A stretch of DNA of 64,000 bases, from positions 96,001 through 160,000 of the forward strand of contig CAVUKB010000006.1 of the NCBI GenBank assembly GCA_963741955.1. The letters run 5' to 3'. The notes below the pieces were generated by a model. The model was not told the origin of the DNA. It saw only the letters and a program-made list of their open reading frames with translations, and ran no database searches. Source of the DNA: an uncultured Acidobacteriota bacterium. Lineage in GTDB: Bacteria > Acidobacteriota > Thermoanaerobaculia > Gp7-AA8. A program made the position numbers and the translations under genes. Numbering within the stretch: the stretch's first letter is position 1; every line of letters starts with the position of its first letter. Shown here piece after piece: positions 50,180 through 60,624 of the stretch.

Positions 50180-53100
50180 CTACAGCGCTCCGCGCACCCA
50201 GTCGAGATCCGTCACCGCGGCGCGGTAGTTGCGCTGTGCGGTGGCGAGATTCGCTTCCGCCGCGCTGAGATTCAGCTGCGCGTCCTCGACCTCGAGCCGC
50301 GTCTTCACTCCAAGCTCGTATCCCTGTTCGGCCATTGCGAGAAGGCGTCGCGCCTGCTCTTCGGTTCCCGTCAACGCTTCGACGATCGAGAGTGACTCGC
50401 GCACCGCGTCCACCGTCGTCCTCGACGCAAGAGTCAGCTCGTCCTTCGCCTTCTCGAACGTGATCCGTGCCGTCTCGAAATTGCTCTTCGCCTCGGCGAC
50501 CCGTCCGCGTGTCGCCATCCCGTCGAAGATCGGGAAGACCATGTACACCCCGCCGTTCCAGTTCTTACCTTCCGTGTCGAACGCCCCCGCGGCGAGATTC
50601 GTCCAGCCGTAACCGGCCCGAAAATCGAGCCGCGGCTTGTCGTCCGCACCCGCGATCTTCACCAGCTCGTGATAGGCCGCCAGCTGGTGCTCGAGCTCTT
50701 TCAGATCCGGACGCTGGCGCAACGCCTCCGCGACGACCCGGTCGTACGGCGGGGGTTCGACGAGCGGCGCGTCGAGCGATCCGGTCACTTCCGCCTCGAG
50801 CTCCGGCTCCGCCAGCACCAGCCGCAAACGCTCCATCGCCGTCTTCACCAGGTTCGATGCGCGGATCACGTCCGGCCGCGCGTTGTCCACTGCGACCGAC
50901 CCCGAGAGCACGTCGTAATCGGTTGCGACGCCGAGCTCGTACCGCTTCTTCGCAGCATCGAGATGCCGCTCCCGCTGGGCAAGCGTCTCTTTTGCGATCG
51001 TCTCGATGCGCTTCGCGAGGAGGACGTCGAACCAGGCGACGGTCACGTCCCGTGCCGCCGTCTGCTGCGCCATCTCCAGGTGGTCATCTGCAGACATGAC
51101 CCCCTGCCGCGCTCCACGGATCGCAGCTCCGACCTTTCCCCAGGCGAAGAGGACCTGCGTGATGCTCGCATCCGCCGCATACGTCCGCTGCTCGGCCGGA
51201 TACATGTCGCCGAAGATCGCCTGGTACGTCTTGTCCGACGTCTTCGCGCCGCTCGCGTTCAGCGTGAGGTGAGGCAAGGCCGCGGCGCGCTCTTCGACGT
51301 ACTTCCCGTGGACCCAGTTCCGGTATTCCTTCGCCGCCTCGACGTCTCGATTCTTCGCTTTCGCCATGGCGACGGCGTCCTCCAGCGAGAGCGGTTCGGC
51401 TGCGCTCATCTGCCGCGCGACGGCGAAGATGGCGAGCGCGATCAGGAGAACGACGCCGATCGTCTTCGCCGTTCCGATCAGAGGGCGTGCCGGCGCTCCC
51501 GCCGCCGCCTCCTCGCCCTCGTGTACGACGCTCCCCGCCCACTTCCGGTGCAGCGCGGCGGCGAAGTCGTCGAGCAGTGTGTAGACGACCGGGACGACGA
51601 TGAGGGTGAGAAGCGTCGAGGTGATTAGTCCTCCGATCACCGCGCGGGCCATCGGGGCGCGCATCTCGGCGCCCTGTCCGATCCCGAGCGCAAGAGGCAT
51701 CATGCCGAAGATCATGGCGAGGGTGGTCATCATGATCGGCCGGAGCCGGGTGCGCCCCGCAGTGATCACCGCCTCGCGCCGCTCCATCCCACGCTTCTGC
51801 AGAACCTTCGCGAAATCGACCAGCAGAATCGCGTTCTTCGTGACCAGACCCATCAGGAGAATCAACCCGATCAGGGACATGATGTTCACCGTGTCGTGCG
51901 TCAGAGCGAGCATCCCCGCCATCCCCACGATCGATAGAGGAAGCGAGAGCATGATCGCGAACGGATCGACGAACGATTCGAACTGCGCGGCGAGAATGAG
52001 GTAGACGAAGATGATCGCGAGAATCAACGCCTCACCCATGTAGCCGAACGACTCGATCATGATCTCCGTGTCGCCGGCCATCTTCGTGCTGTAGCCCGCC
52101 TGCATCGGGACGCTCCCCGCACTCTCCAGCGCGCGCTCTGCGGCGGTGCCGAGCGGCAGCCGGTCGAGATTCGCCGAGATCTGCACCTGGCGCGACATGT
52201 CCTGCCGGCTGATCTCGGAAGGCGAAAAGGTCCGCTCGAAACGAACCAGATCCGAGATCGGGATGAGCGAGATCCCGTCGCGGCTCTCCTTTGCAATCCG
52301 GAGATCACCAACCTGACGGATGTCCTGCCTGAGTGAGTCGGGCAGCCGCAGCCGAACGTCGATCGCTTCTCCCGTCTCGTCCTCGAAGGTACTCACGACC
52401 TGACCCCCGACCAGCGCGCCGATCGTCTTCACCAGGGTATCGGTGCCGATCCCGCTGGTGCGGGCGCGCTCCCGGTCGACCACCAGGCGGTACTCGGGAA
52501 GCTCCTGCTCCAGCGTCGCTTCGAGGTCGACCAGACCTGCAACGCCGTACAGTTTCCGCTTCACGGCAGCGGCGTACTCCTTCAGTTTCGGGATCTCTTC
52601 GCCGCGCACCAGCAGGATGAATGGCTTCTGATTGTTGTCGGGATCCTCCTCCACCGACGGGATGATCCCCGGGATGGCGTGGAGCTTCTCCCGGATCTCC
52701 GGCATCAGCTCCTGCTGCGTGCGATCACGATCGCCCTTGTCGACGAGATGGACGTAGACCATCGCGTTGCGGATGGTGTCGCTCTCGGTTGGAGCGATCG
52801 CGGCGTACGTACGGTCGATCTCGGGATACGTCTTCAGCACGCCGAGGACCTTCTGCAGACGGTCTTTCGTCTCTTCGATCGACGCGTCGGGAGCGGACTT
52901 GAAGCGGACCATGAACTCGCCGTGGTCGTAGACCGGGAAGAACTCGCTCTCCAGAACGGCGAAGAGGCCCAGGCCTCCGATGAACGCGACGCCGGCGAGG
53001 GCAGCCACCGACTTGCGGTGGTCGAGTGCCCATCCGACCACGCTCTTGTAACGGTCGGCGGTGCGGTCGAACCAGTGGTTGAAGCGGTCGAGGAGCCGCG

Positions 53101-54607
53101 CAATCGGATGACGGTGCCCCGTCCGCTCGATGTCGGGATCGAACCAGCGGGAGGAGAGCATCGGGTCGAGAGTGAACGAGACGAAGAGGGAAACCGCGAC
53201 CGCGAACGCGACGGTCATCCCGAACTGGAAGAAGAAGCGCCCGACGATTCCCTTCATGAACGCGACCGGAATGAAGACCGCGATGATCGACATCGAGGTC
53301 GCGAGGACGGCGAGCCCGATCTCCGAGGTGCCTTCCCGCGCGGCGGTGTAGTGGTCCTGTCCGTGCTCGAGGTGCCGCACGATGTTCTCCCGCACCACGA
53401 TCGCGTCGTCGATGAGGAGTCCTATGGCGAGAGAGAGTGCCATCAGCGTCATCACGTTGATGGTCATCCCGAGGAAGTACATGGCGATGAACGAAGAGAT
53501 GACGGAGATCGGGAGAGTGAGGCCGGTGATCACCGTCGAGCGCCACGAATTCAGAAAGCAGAAGACGATCAGGATGGTCAGGAGTCCGCCGAGGAGCATG
53601 GTGGTCTCGACGTCATCGACGGACTCGCGGATGAAGATGGACGCATCGCGCACCAGCTCGATGTCGGTGCCCTCGGGGATCTCGCTTTTCAGCTTGGCGA
53701 TCTCGGCCTTCACCGCATCGGAGACGCCGACGGTGTTGGTCTTCGACTGTTTCAGGACGTCGATCACCACGGCGGGGACACCGTTGACGAGGGCGAGGGA
53801 GCGCTGCTCCTCGACCCCATCGACGACTCGGGCGACTTCGCCCAGACTCACCGGATGGTCGCCGCGACGGGCGATGACCATCGATTCGAAGCCGGAGACG
53901 GCCTCGGGCTTCCCTGAGATCCGGATCGGCGTCTCCACCCCACCGCGGTCGAGGCGTCCGAGCGGCGTGTTCACGTTCTCCCCGGCGATGCCGTTCATCA
54001 CGTCATCGACTCCGAGACCCAACGCCTGCAGCTTGACCGGATCGACGAAGACTCCGACCTCTCGCGTGGACGCCCCGACGAGACGCACCTCGCCGACGCC
54101 GGGGATGTTCTCGATCCGGCGCTTGATCTTCCGGTCGGCGAGAGTGGTGAGATCTCGCGGTGAGAGGCGATCGGAGCGGACGGCGAGCGAGATGATCGGC
54201 ATCGCACCGATCTCCATCTTCTGGATCACCGGCTCCTTCATCTGCTCCGGAAGCTGATTGCGGACGCCGTTGATCTTGGCGCGCACTTCCTGCGACGCTT
54301 CGTTGACCTTCACCTCGAGCTCGAACTCGACGATCACGGTCGAGAGACCTTCGCGGGAGGTGGAGTAGATGTGCTTCACGCCGGAGATCGGATTGACCGC
54401 CTCTTCCATCGGACGGGTGACTTCGCGCTCGACAGCTTCCGCGGACGCGCCCGGATACTCGGAGATGATGGTGAGGATCGGCATCTCGACGTCGGGCATC
54501 ATGTCGATGGCGAGACGGCGCCAGGAGAAGATGCCGAGCGTGACCAGCGTCAGCATCAGGACGCTGGCGAAGACGGGACGTTTGATCGAAAGGTTGGAAA
54601 GAAACAT
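50180..54607 (-). CDS. AcrB-family RND permease fused to TolC-family outer membrane factor
   Basis: IKRPVFA, IGLLIDDAIVVREN, GLVTKNAILLVD, RLRPIMMT; then hydrophobic linker and OMF domain (LSLEDAV, YELGVAT, YELGVKTRLEV). Confidence 0.9.
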   Translation of the reverse strand: MFLSNLSIKRPVFASVLMLTLVTLGIFSWRRLAIDMMPDVEMPILTIISEYPGASAEAVEREVTRPMEEAVNPISGVKHIYSTSREGLSTVIVEFELEVKVNEASQEVRAKINGVRNQLPEQMKEPVIQKMEIGAMPIISLAVRSDRLSPRDLTTLADRKIKRRIENIPGVGEVRLVGASTREVGVFVDPVKLQALGLGVDDVMNGIAGENVNTPLGRLDRGGVETPIRISGKPEAVSGFESMVIARRGDHPVSLGEVARVVDGVEEQRSLALVNGVPAVVIDVLKQSKTNTVGVSDAVKAEIAKLKSEIPEGTDIELVRDASIFIRESVDDVETTMLLGGLLTILIVFCFLNSWRSTVITGLTLPISVISSFIAMYFLGMTINVMTLMALSLAIGLLIDDAIVVRENIVRHLEHGQDHYTAAREGTSEIGLAVLATSMSIIAVFIPVAFMKGIVGRFFFQFGMTVAFAVAVSLFVSFTLDPMLSSRWFDPDIERTGHRHPIARLLDRFNHWFDRTADRYKSVVGWALDHRKSVAALAGVAFIGGLGLFAVLESEFFPVYDHGEFMVRFKSAPDASIEETKDRLQKVLGVLKTYPEIDRTYAAIAPTESDTIRNAMVYVHLVDKGDRDRTQQELMPEIREKLHAIPGIIPSVEEDPDNNQKPFILLVRGEEIPKLKEYAAAVKRKLYGVAGLVDLEATLEQELPEYRLVVDRERARTSGIGTDTLVKTIGALVGGQVVSTFEDETGEAIDVRLRLPDSLRQDIRQVGDLRIAKESRDGISLIPISDLVRFERTFSPSEISRQDMSRQVQISANLDRLPLGTAAERALESAGSVPMQAGYSTKMAGDTEIMIESFGYMGEALILAIIFVYLILAAQFESFVDPFAIMLSLPLSIVGMAGMLALTHDTVNIMSLIGLILLMGLVTKNAILLVDFAKVLQKRGMERREAVITAGRTRLRPIMMTTLAMIFGMMPLALGIGQGAEMRAPMARAVIGGLITSTLLTLIVVPVVYTLLDDFAAALHRKWAGSVVHEGEEAAAGAPARPLIGTAKTIGVVLLIALAIFAVARQMSAAEPLSLEDAVAMAKAKNRDVEAAKEYRNWVHGKYVEERAAALPHLTLNASGAKTSDKTYQAIFGDMYPAEQRTYAADASITQVLFAWGKVGAAIRGARQGVMSADDHLEMAQQTAARDVTVAWFDVLLAKRIETIAKETLAQRERHLDAAKKRYELGVATDYDVLSGSVAVDNARPDVIRASNLVKTAMERLRLVLAEPELEAEVTGSLDAPLVEPPPYDRVVAEALRQRPDLKELEHQLAAYHELVKIAGADDKPRLDFRAGYGWTNLAAGAFDTEGKNWNGGVYMVFPIFDGMATRGRVAEAKSNFETARITFEKAKDELTLASRTTVDAVRESLSIVEALTGTEEQARRLLAMAEQGYELGVKTRLEVEDAQLNLSAAEANLATAQRNYRAAVTDLDWVRGAL

Positions 54608-54611
54608 GGCG

Positions 54612-55724
54612 TCAGGCTCCCGTACTCTCGACGACTCGGATCGAGTCGCCATCGCGGAGATCGAACGCACCGCGGGTGATCACGCGGTCGCCGGCGGCGA
54701 GTCCCTTCGCGATCTCGACGAGATCGGAGGAGGTGGCGCCCGTGGTGATGTTGCGCAGTTTCGCGCGTCCCTCGCTGACGACGTAGACGCTTCCACTGCG
54801 TGACTCCGGGTCCCAGGTGAGGAGCGCAGTACGAGGAATGCTGAGGACTCCGGTGCGGTGGCCGGTGACGATCGATCCTTTGGCGAAGAGGCCCGCCTTC
54901 AACGCTCCGTCGGCATTGTCGACGAGGGCCACGACTTTCACCGTGCGGCTCGAGGCATCGGCGGCGGGGTTGATGAAGCTGACGTGCCCTTCGAACGTGC
55001 GGCCGGGGATCGCGTCGCTGGTGAACGAGATCGGCTGGCCGAGTGCGACGCTCGCAATCTTCGACGAGGGCACCGTGACCGTGAGCTCGAGACGGCGGTT
55101 GTCGACGATGGTGAACATCGGCGAAGGCGATCCCATGTTCTCGATGAAGTCCCCGGGATTGACGGTGCGAGCGGCGACCACGCCGTCCATCGGAGCGATG
55201 ACATCGGTCTTCGTGAGACGCGTGCGGGCCATCCGTTCCTGCGCCGCTGCGGCCTCGACGCGGGCGACCGCAGCCTCGGCGGCGGTGCGCGCGTCGTCGA
55301 CGTTCTGACGCGTGGCGAGGCCCGCCGCGAGAAGCTTCTCCATCCGCTCCAGCTCACGCTCTGCGCGGGTCTGCTCGACTTCCGCCTGTTTGCGTCCGGC
55401 GATGGCGCCCGAGAGTGCAGCATCGATCTCCCGACGATCGAAGCGGGCGAGGACCTGGCCTTTCTTCACCCGAACCCATTCGCTGACCAGAACCTCGGCG
55501 ATGGTGCCGCTGTATTCGGCTTTCACTTCACCTTCGAACTTCGGAGTGAGGGAACCGACCACTTCGACAGATTCGGCGACGTCGCCAGGGGCAACGTTTG
55601 CGGCTTCGACGGCGACGGGAGGACGCTCGACGGTTGCGGTCTGATCCGCGCTTCCGCGCGAGCAGCCCGCAGCGACCGTGAGGGCGGCGAGAAGGAAAGG
55701 GATCGATCGGCGGAGAGAGATCAT
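54612..55724 (-). CDS. RND periplasmic adaptor (MFP), lipoprotein
   Basis: AAGC lipobox, VKKGQVLA, IAPMDGVV, INPAAD..SRT. Confidence 0.92.
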   Translation of the reverse strand: MISLRRSIPFLLAALTVAAGCSRGSADQTATVERPPVAVEAANVAPGDVAESVEVVGSLTPKFEGEVKAEYSGTIAEVLVSEWVRVKKGQVLARFDRREIDAALSGAIAGRKQAEVEQTRAERELERMEKLLAAGLATRQNVDDARTAAEAAVARVEAAAAQERMARTRLTKTDVIAPMDGVVAARTVNPGDFIENMGSPSPMFTIVDNRRLELTVTVPSSKIASVALGQPISFTSDAIPGRTFEGHVSFINPAADASSRTVKVVALVDNADGALKAGLFAKGSIVTGHRTGVLSIPRTALLTWDPESRSGSVYVVSEGRAKLRNITTGATSSDLVEIAKGLAAGDRVITRGAFDLRDGDSIRVVESTGA

Positions 55725-56368
55725 CAGTGATTCTCCTGTCTGCTATTGCTGGTGCGGACGGAGGCGATTCCGTCCATGACGATGTCGAGAAGGTGGTCGA
55801 GATCGCGAGGGCTGAAGTGGCGCTCCGGCTCGATGAGAAGGAGCTGCATGGAAATGCTCATGACCGCCTCGATCGCGGTGACCGCCGTGCAGAGAGCTTC
55901 GGGACGGAGCTTCGCAGGCGCGGCGGAGCGACGGACGAGATCTCCGGTCACTTCGCGGAAGCGGACGATGAACCGTTGCACGTCGACCGCGGGTGCGCCC
56001 TGGGGTGGCCCGTAGTGAACGGCGTAGAAGAGGCGGACCGCGGCGACGTGCTGCCGGACGAAGGAAAAGATCTCGCGGCAGATGGTGCGCAGCGTCTCGC
56101 GCGCATCGAGGTCGGGATCGGGCGAATCGGCGACGATCGACTCGAATTCGGCGAAGAGCCCGTCGAGGAGATCGCGGTAGAGCGCTTCCTTGCTCCCGAA
56201 GTGGTCGTACAGGGTCGGCTTGGTCACGCCGGCGGCGGCGACGATCTCGCGGACGGACGTCGCGGCGTAACCGCGCTCCGCGAACAGAGTCGTCGCGGCT
56301 CGGAGGAGTCGCGTGCGGGAGGAATCGGTGATCGCGCCGGTCGCGAGACCGGCTGCAGTGGACGTCAT
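55724..56368 (-). CDS. TetR/AcrR family regulator
   Basis: LFAERGYAATSVREIVAAAGVTKPTLYDHFGSKEALY. Confidence 0.92.
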   Translation of the reverse strand: MTSTAAGLATGAITDSSRTRLLRAATTLFAERGYAATSVREIVAAAGVTKPTLYDHFGSKEALYRDLLDGLFAEFESIVADSPDPDLDARETLRTICREIFSFVRQHVAAVRLFYAVHYGPPQGAPAVDVQRFIVRFREVTGDLVRRSAAPAKLRPEALCTAVTAIEAVMSISMQLLLIEPERHFSPRDLDHLLDIVMDGIASVRTSNSRQENH

Positions 56369-56423
56369 GTGAGCTCCAGGGAGGGAGACCGTCCGAACGG
56401 GAGAATCCGGTGCGGGGAGCGTT

Positions 56424-56437
56424 TTACCGAACGGTAA
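56424..56437. promoter_or_regulatory. Putative TetR operator palindrome TTACCG-AA-CGGTAA
   Basis: Perfect inverted repeat ~55 bp upstream of tetR; related CCGAACGG at ~56393. Confidence 0.55.
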
Positions 56438-56522
56438 GTTAAGTTAGAATGACTTAAGGCGCAAGGGGAGAAACCGGTGTTCACAGGACCTTTACGTCGC
56501 CGACATCCCGGTCGCGAAGCTC

Positions 56523-56707
56523 CAAGCCCGCATTTCTCACACCGTCTCGTCGCGAGGAGGCGGAGAGTGGCGTGGATGCAAGGCGCGCGCAGCTTCGGCG
56601 ACGAAGGCATAGTGGTGACTATGTCGAGGAGCCGAAGCCGGGCGCAACGCAGCAGACAGGCCGCCATCCGTCTCCGCAGCAGAGATGGTGTGAGAAATGC
56701 GGGCTAG
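56523..56707. mobile_element. MITE family B copy 2
   Basis: Near-identical to 30618-30802 with same TIRs. Confidence 0.88.
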
Positions 56708-56960
56708 GAGTCTGCGCGGTAGAAACGTCCGTAGCGAGAAAGCGGAGCAGCGAGGCCAAATTCGTTCGGATTTGAGGTGCGTAGCGGTGGCTACTCGCCG
56801 AAAATCCGGGCGGATTTGGACCGTTGATCCGCTTTCGCAGTAGGACAGTTTTCCATCAACCCCAAGGCGCTTCGATGGCCCGGTTCTGCCGCTCGCGAGC
56901 GGACGTCACCCGAGATCATCAGGAAGCGCCGAACTTACGTCCTATCGCGCAGACTCCTAG
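56704..56960. mobile_element. MITE family A copy 3, with ~90 extra bp before right TIR
   Basis: CTAGGAGTCTGCGCG at 56704, CGCGCAGACTCCTAG ending 56960. Confidence 0.82.
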
Positions 56961-56963
56961 GGC

Positions 56964-57118
56964 CAATGGCCCGAACTTAAGGGGTGTGGCACCATAGGAA
57001 GCGGGAGGGCGGGAGTGATGGGGCGAACCGAATATCGAGCTTCGGAGGTGCGGTTGGAGGTATTCGACGAAGCGTTTCCGGCGAAGAAGGTGGAAGCGAT
57101 CCTCGAGGAGCTGGGGCG
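56964..57118 (+). mobile_element. IS4-family left end and transposase N-terminal fragment
   Basis: CAATGGCCCGAACTTAAG resembles IS4-type IR; LEVFDEAFPAKKVEAILEELG resembles IS4 N-terminus. Confidence 0.55.
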
Positions 57119-58013
57119 CTCGAGCCGTACCGAGAGCTCGTCTCGGCCGTCGCTGTCGAATCGACCTACAACTGGTACTGGCTTGTGGATGGCCTCCAGG
57201 ATGCCGGATACCCGGTGAAGCTGGTCAACACCTCGGCGGTGCGGCAATACGAAGGGCTGAAGTTCAGCGACGATCGTCACGACGCGATCCGGCTCGCCCA
57301 TCTCGACCGGTTGGGGATTCTTCCGACCGGTTTCATCATGCCGCGCGAGAGGCGCGGGATTCGAGATCTGGTCCGGAAAAGAATGCGGCTGGTTCAGATG
57401 CGGACTGCCTGCATCACGAGCAATCAGGGGATTCAGAGTCGAGTGCTGGGTGCTCGCATGAACGTTCGCGAGATCAAGAAGATGGATCGCGACTCCATCT
57501 CCGAGAATATTTCGGATCCCTTCGTCGCGATGTCGCTCGGGAGCACCCAGGCGATCATCATCGCACTCTCGCGCGAGATTGACCAGATCGAACGTGCGGT
57601 GCTCGGCCAGATCCGACGAACTCCGGAGTGGAAGCGACTCACCTCGATCTGGGGCATCGGCGAGGTCCTGGCCAGTATCATTCAGCTCGAGACCGGACCG
57701 ATCGAGCGGTTCCTCGGAGCGGGAGAATACGCTTCGTACTGCCGCTGCGTCCCAACGCGCTACACCAGCAACGACAGGAAAAAGGGCGAAGGGAACGCCA
57801 AGAACGGGAACCGCTATCTCGCCTGGGCCTTCATCGAAGCCGCGGCGCGCCCTGCGAGGCTATCCGCTCGCCCGCCGCTGGTACGCGAAGAAAACCCGCA
57901 AGGCCAGCCCGATCCTCGCGCGAAAAGCTCTCGCACACAAGATCAGCCGGAGCGCCTTCTACGTGATGAGGGACGGGGTGCCGTTCCGTCCCGAGCTGCT
58001 GTTCGGATCATGA
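57115..58013 (+). pseudogene. IS110-family transposase, 5'-truncated, frameshift ~57845
   Basis: VESTYNWYWL, SDDRHDA, SIWGIGEV, KNGNRYLAWAFIEAA; C-terminus ARKALAHKISR in another frame. Confidence 0.85.
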
Positions 58014-58330
58014 GCTTGGCCGGGACGAGAAACCACGAATGGGGTTGGGTGAAAGTCCCCCGGGCCTGATTGGACTCGTCCCGGCCGGGATCTTCCCTTC
58101 CGGTCCGCGACGTCGGCGTGAGCCATTCCAGGGTTGGACCCGCGGCAACTTGCCGCGGTGAGCCACAGGTTCTGTCACTCGAATTTCTTGGACACGCCCG
58201 CGCACCGATCGCGTTTCTGGGGTCTCGAACGAGACCAGGGACGGCCCTCACCGGCTGTCTTGATCCTGATGGGTGACTGATGCGGACCCGATCCGACATC
58301 GAACGCACGAAACGCCAGGGATCGCGTGAA
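58014..58330 (+). ncRNA. IS110/IS1111 3' non-coding end, candidate bridge/seek RNA
   Basis: Long structured 3' region: GCCGGGACGAG...CTCGTCCCGGC stem, CCGCGGCAA-C-TTGCCGCGG hairpin. Confidence 0.5.
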
Positions 58331-58355
58331 CGGAAAGGACGATCAACACATCACC

Positions 58356-59501
58356 GGCAACGCCGAGTCTTGGGACACCAGCCTGTGGAAGCCGTGGAAA
58401 ACGCCTTCCACCGGCCCACCGCGTTTTCCACCGCTCCCACAGGCTCCGCCGCCGCCTGGTCTCGCCAGCGGCCTATCCGGCCGCAAAAAAAAGCTGCGAC
58501 GGAACGGTGATGAAGCATCGCGAATGGCGTCATCTCGGCCTCTGGGGATGCCGGGTGATGCTGCGGGCGGATCTGCCGCGGGTGCGTTGCCGCCGCTGCG
58601 GGGTGCGAACGGCCGCGGTTCCGTGGGCACGGCCTGGTTCGATGTTCACCCGCGCGTTCGAAGACGAGCTTGCCTGGTTTCTGCAGCGATCCAATCAAAC
58701 CGCGGTCTCGGCGTACTTCAAGGTCAGCTGGCTCACGGCCGGACGGATCGCCGCTCGAGTGGTTGCCGAAAAACGCGACCCGAACGCGCTCGAGAATCTG
58801 ACCCGGATCGGCATCGACGAGATCTGCTGGGGGCGGCCGAAGAAGTTCATGACCGTGGTCACGAACCACGAGACCGGGCAGATGATCTGGGCGGCGAAGG
58901 GTAAAAGTGCAGAGGTTCTCGACGGGCTGTTCGATCTGCTCGGCCCCGAGCGCTGCGCGCGAATCCGTCTGGTGAGCATCGACATGAGCGCGGCCTTCGA
59001 GAAAGCTGTTCGCGACCGACTGCCGAACGCCGAGGTCGTTTTCGATCGGTTCCACGTGGTCCAACTCCTCGGGAATGCGATCGATCAGGTGAGGCGGGAC
59101 GAGATGCGAAAGGCCACCGGCGAGGAGCGCTCCGCTCTCAAATCCACTCGGTTCGTCCTCCTGAAGAACCCCTGGAACCTGCGTGATGCCGAGGAGGCGA
59201 AACTCTCGGAGCTCGCGCGGATGAATCACACCCTCTTTCGCAGTTACCTGGTCAAGGAATCCTTTCAGGACATCTATGACTCCTCGTCCGTCCGCCAAGC
59301 TGATCGACGGTTCAAGCGCTGGTATCAGTCCGCGGTTCATAGCCGCATTCAACCCCTCGTTCGCTTCGCGCGAACCGTCGCGGCGAAATGGCCTGGCATC
59401 CGCCGTTACTTCGAGTATCGACTCACGAATGCAGTTGCTGAAGGCTGCAACAACAAGATCCGAATGCTCAGTCACCGCGCTTTCGGCTTTCACACCGCGG
59501 A
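58356..59501 (+). mobile_element. ISL3-family element, degenerate (transposase 58507-59568 missing both termini)
   Basis: WRHL...RVRCRRCG...VPWA, IGIDE, SIDM, FDRFHV, TNAVAEGCNNKI...AFGF; long hairpin 58381-58444. Confidence 0.85.
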
Positions 59502-59856
59502 ACCCCATTTTGCCGCCCACCTTGACAATGCGCCCAATGGGCGCCCAATGGGTGACCCTCATCCTTGAACCTCATCCTTCCTGACCCTCATCCTTCCGGG
59601 AGCGCGAAGCTCGGCCGACGTCGAATCGCTCACCGACTCGTGCGGTCCGGCGCGCCTTTTCCAACCGTCGCTCCGAGTTTTTTCTTGTTTAGGTCTGACC
59701 CTCGAGGCCCCGCTACAGCCGACCCACGCGTGTGGTGCGACCGTCCGGGACCGAGGTTCCCTCGGTCGGGAGGTCCTGCAAAGTCCGAGAACCCTCCTCC
59801 CGTGCGCGATCGGATTCCCGTGCGTCCGCTTCGATCCTCGGCCCTCGCGCTCCTGC

Positions 59857-60624
59857 TCAATGATCCGAATGTTCGCGAAGGAAGACCTCGACCTGAGAGA
59901 GGTATTCGGTCTCATCCGGGGTAAGATTGGTTCCGAGGAGTTCCGTGTACGCGTGTCTGAGCTGCCGCACGGCGTCGGTCGGCGGCGCCCCCGGGTGGGC
60001 GTGCTCTTCTGCCTCGACGATCGCCATGAGAATCGATAGTCTGGATCCGCCTCGAGGCATCGCGTGCGCAACCCGCCGGAGCGCGGAAGCGGCCTTCCCG
60101 TACTCTCCCCGTGACTGGTAGTACAGCGCCGCGTCCTGAAGAACCGCCCGCCCGTGTATCGTCGAGAGGTCGGAGTCCCGGATCTTTGCTGCGACTTCGT
60201 CCATCGTACGATCGCCTTCACCGCCCCTCCCGAGATCCCTCAGCGCCTTCGCTTCGACGACGCCGAAACGGGGATCGTCCGGCGACATCGCCTTTCCGGT
60301 CCGCACCTTCTCGAGCGCCTCCTCGTACATCGTGGCGGTGGAGTAGAACTTCGCGAGCTGCAGGTAGGATTCGGCGACGGCCGGCCGATCGTCGGGCCAG
60401 GCCCTCTGAACGTACTCGAGGTTGAGCACGGTCTCGGCGAACGCGATGGTTTTCGCCTCACCCGAGCTTGCGACGTACTTTCTGGCGAGGCCCTGCGAGT
60501 ACGTCAGCTGTTCGCGCGGGGTGGCATGAGCGAGCACGGTGACGTGGATCTTCGGCGGCGTTTGTGCGAGGAGGGAAGCGGCCGCGGTCGAGATCAGCAG
60601 AACGAATAGCATTCGTCGTTTCAA
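59857..60624 (-). CDS. Secreted TPR-like hypothetical protein
   Basis: TTG start overlapping upstream stop, signal peptide, helical repeats (ESYLQLAKFY, YYQSRGEYGKAA). Confidence 0.65.
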   Translation of the reverse strand: MKRRMLFVLLISTAAASLLAQTPPKIHVTVLAHATPREQLTYSQGLARKYVASSGEAKTIAFAETVLNLEYVQRAWPDDRPAVAESYLQLAKFYSTATMYEEALEKVRTGKAMSPDDPRFGVVEAKALRDLGRGGEGDRTMDEVAAKIRDSDLSTIHGRAVLQDAALYYQSRGEYGKAASALRRVAHAMPRGGSRLSILMAIVEAEEHAHPGAPPTDAVRQLRHAYTELLGTNLTPDETEYLSQVEVFLREHSDH

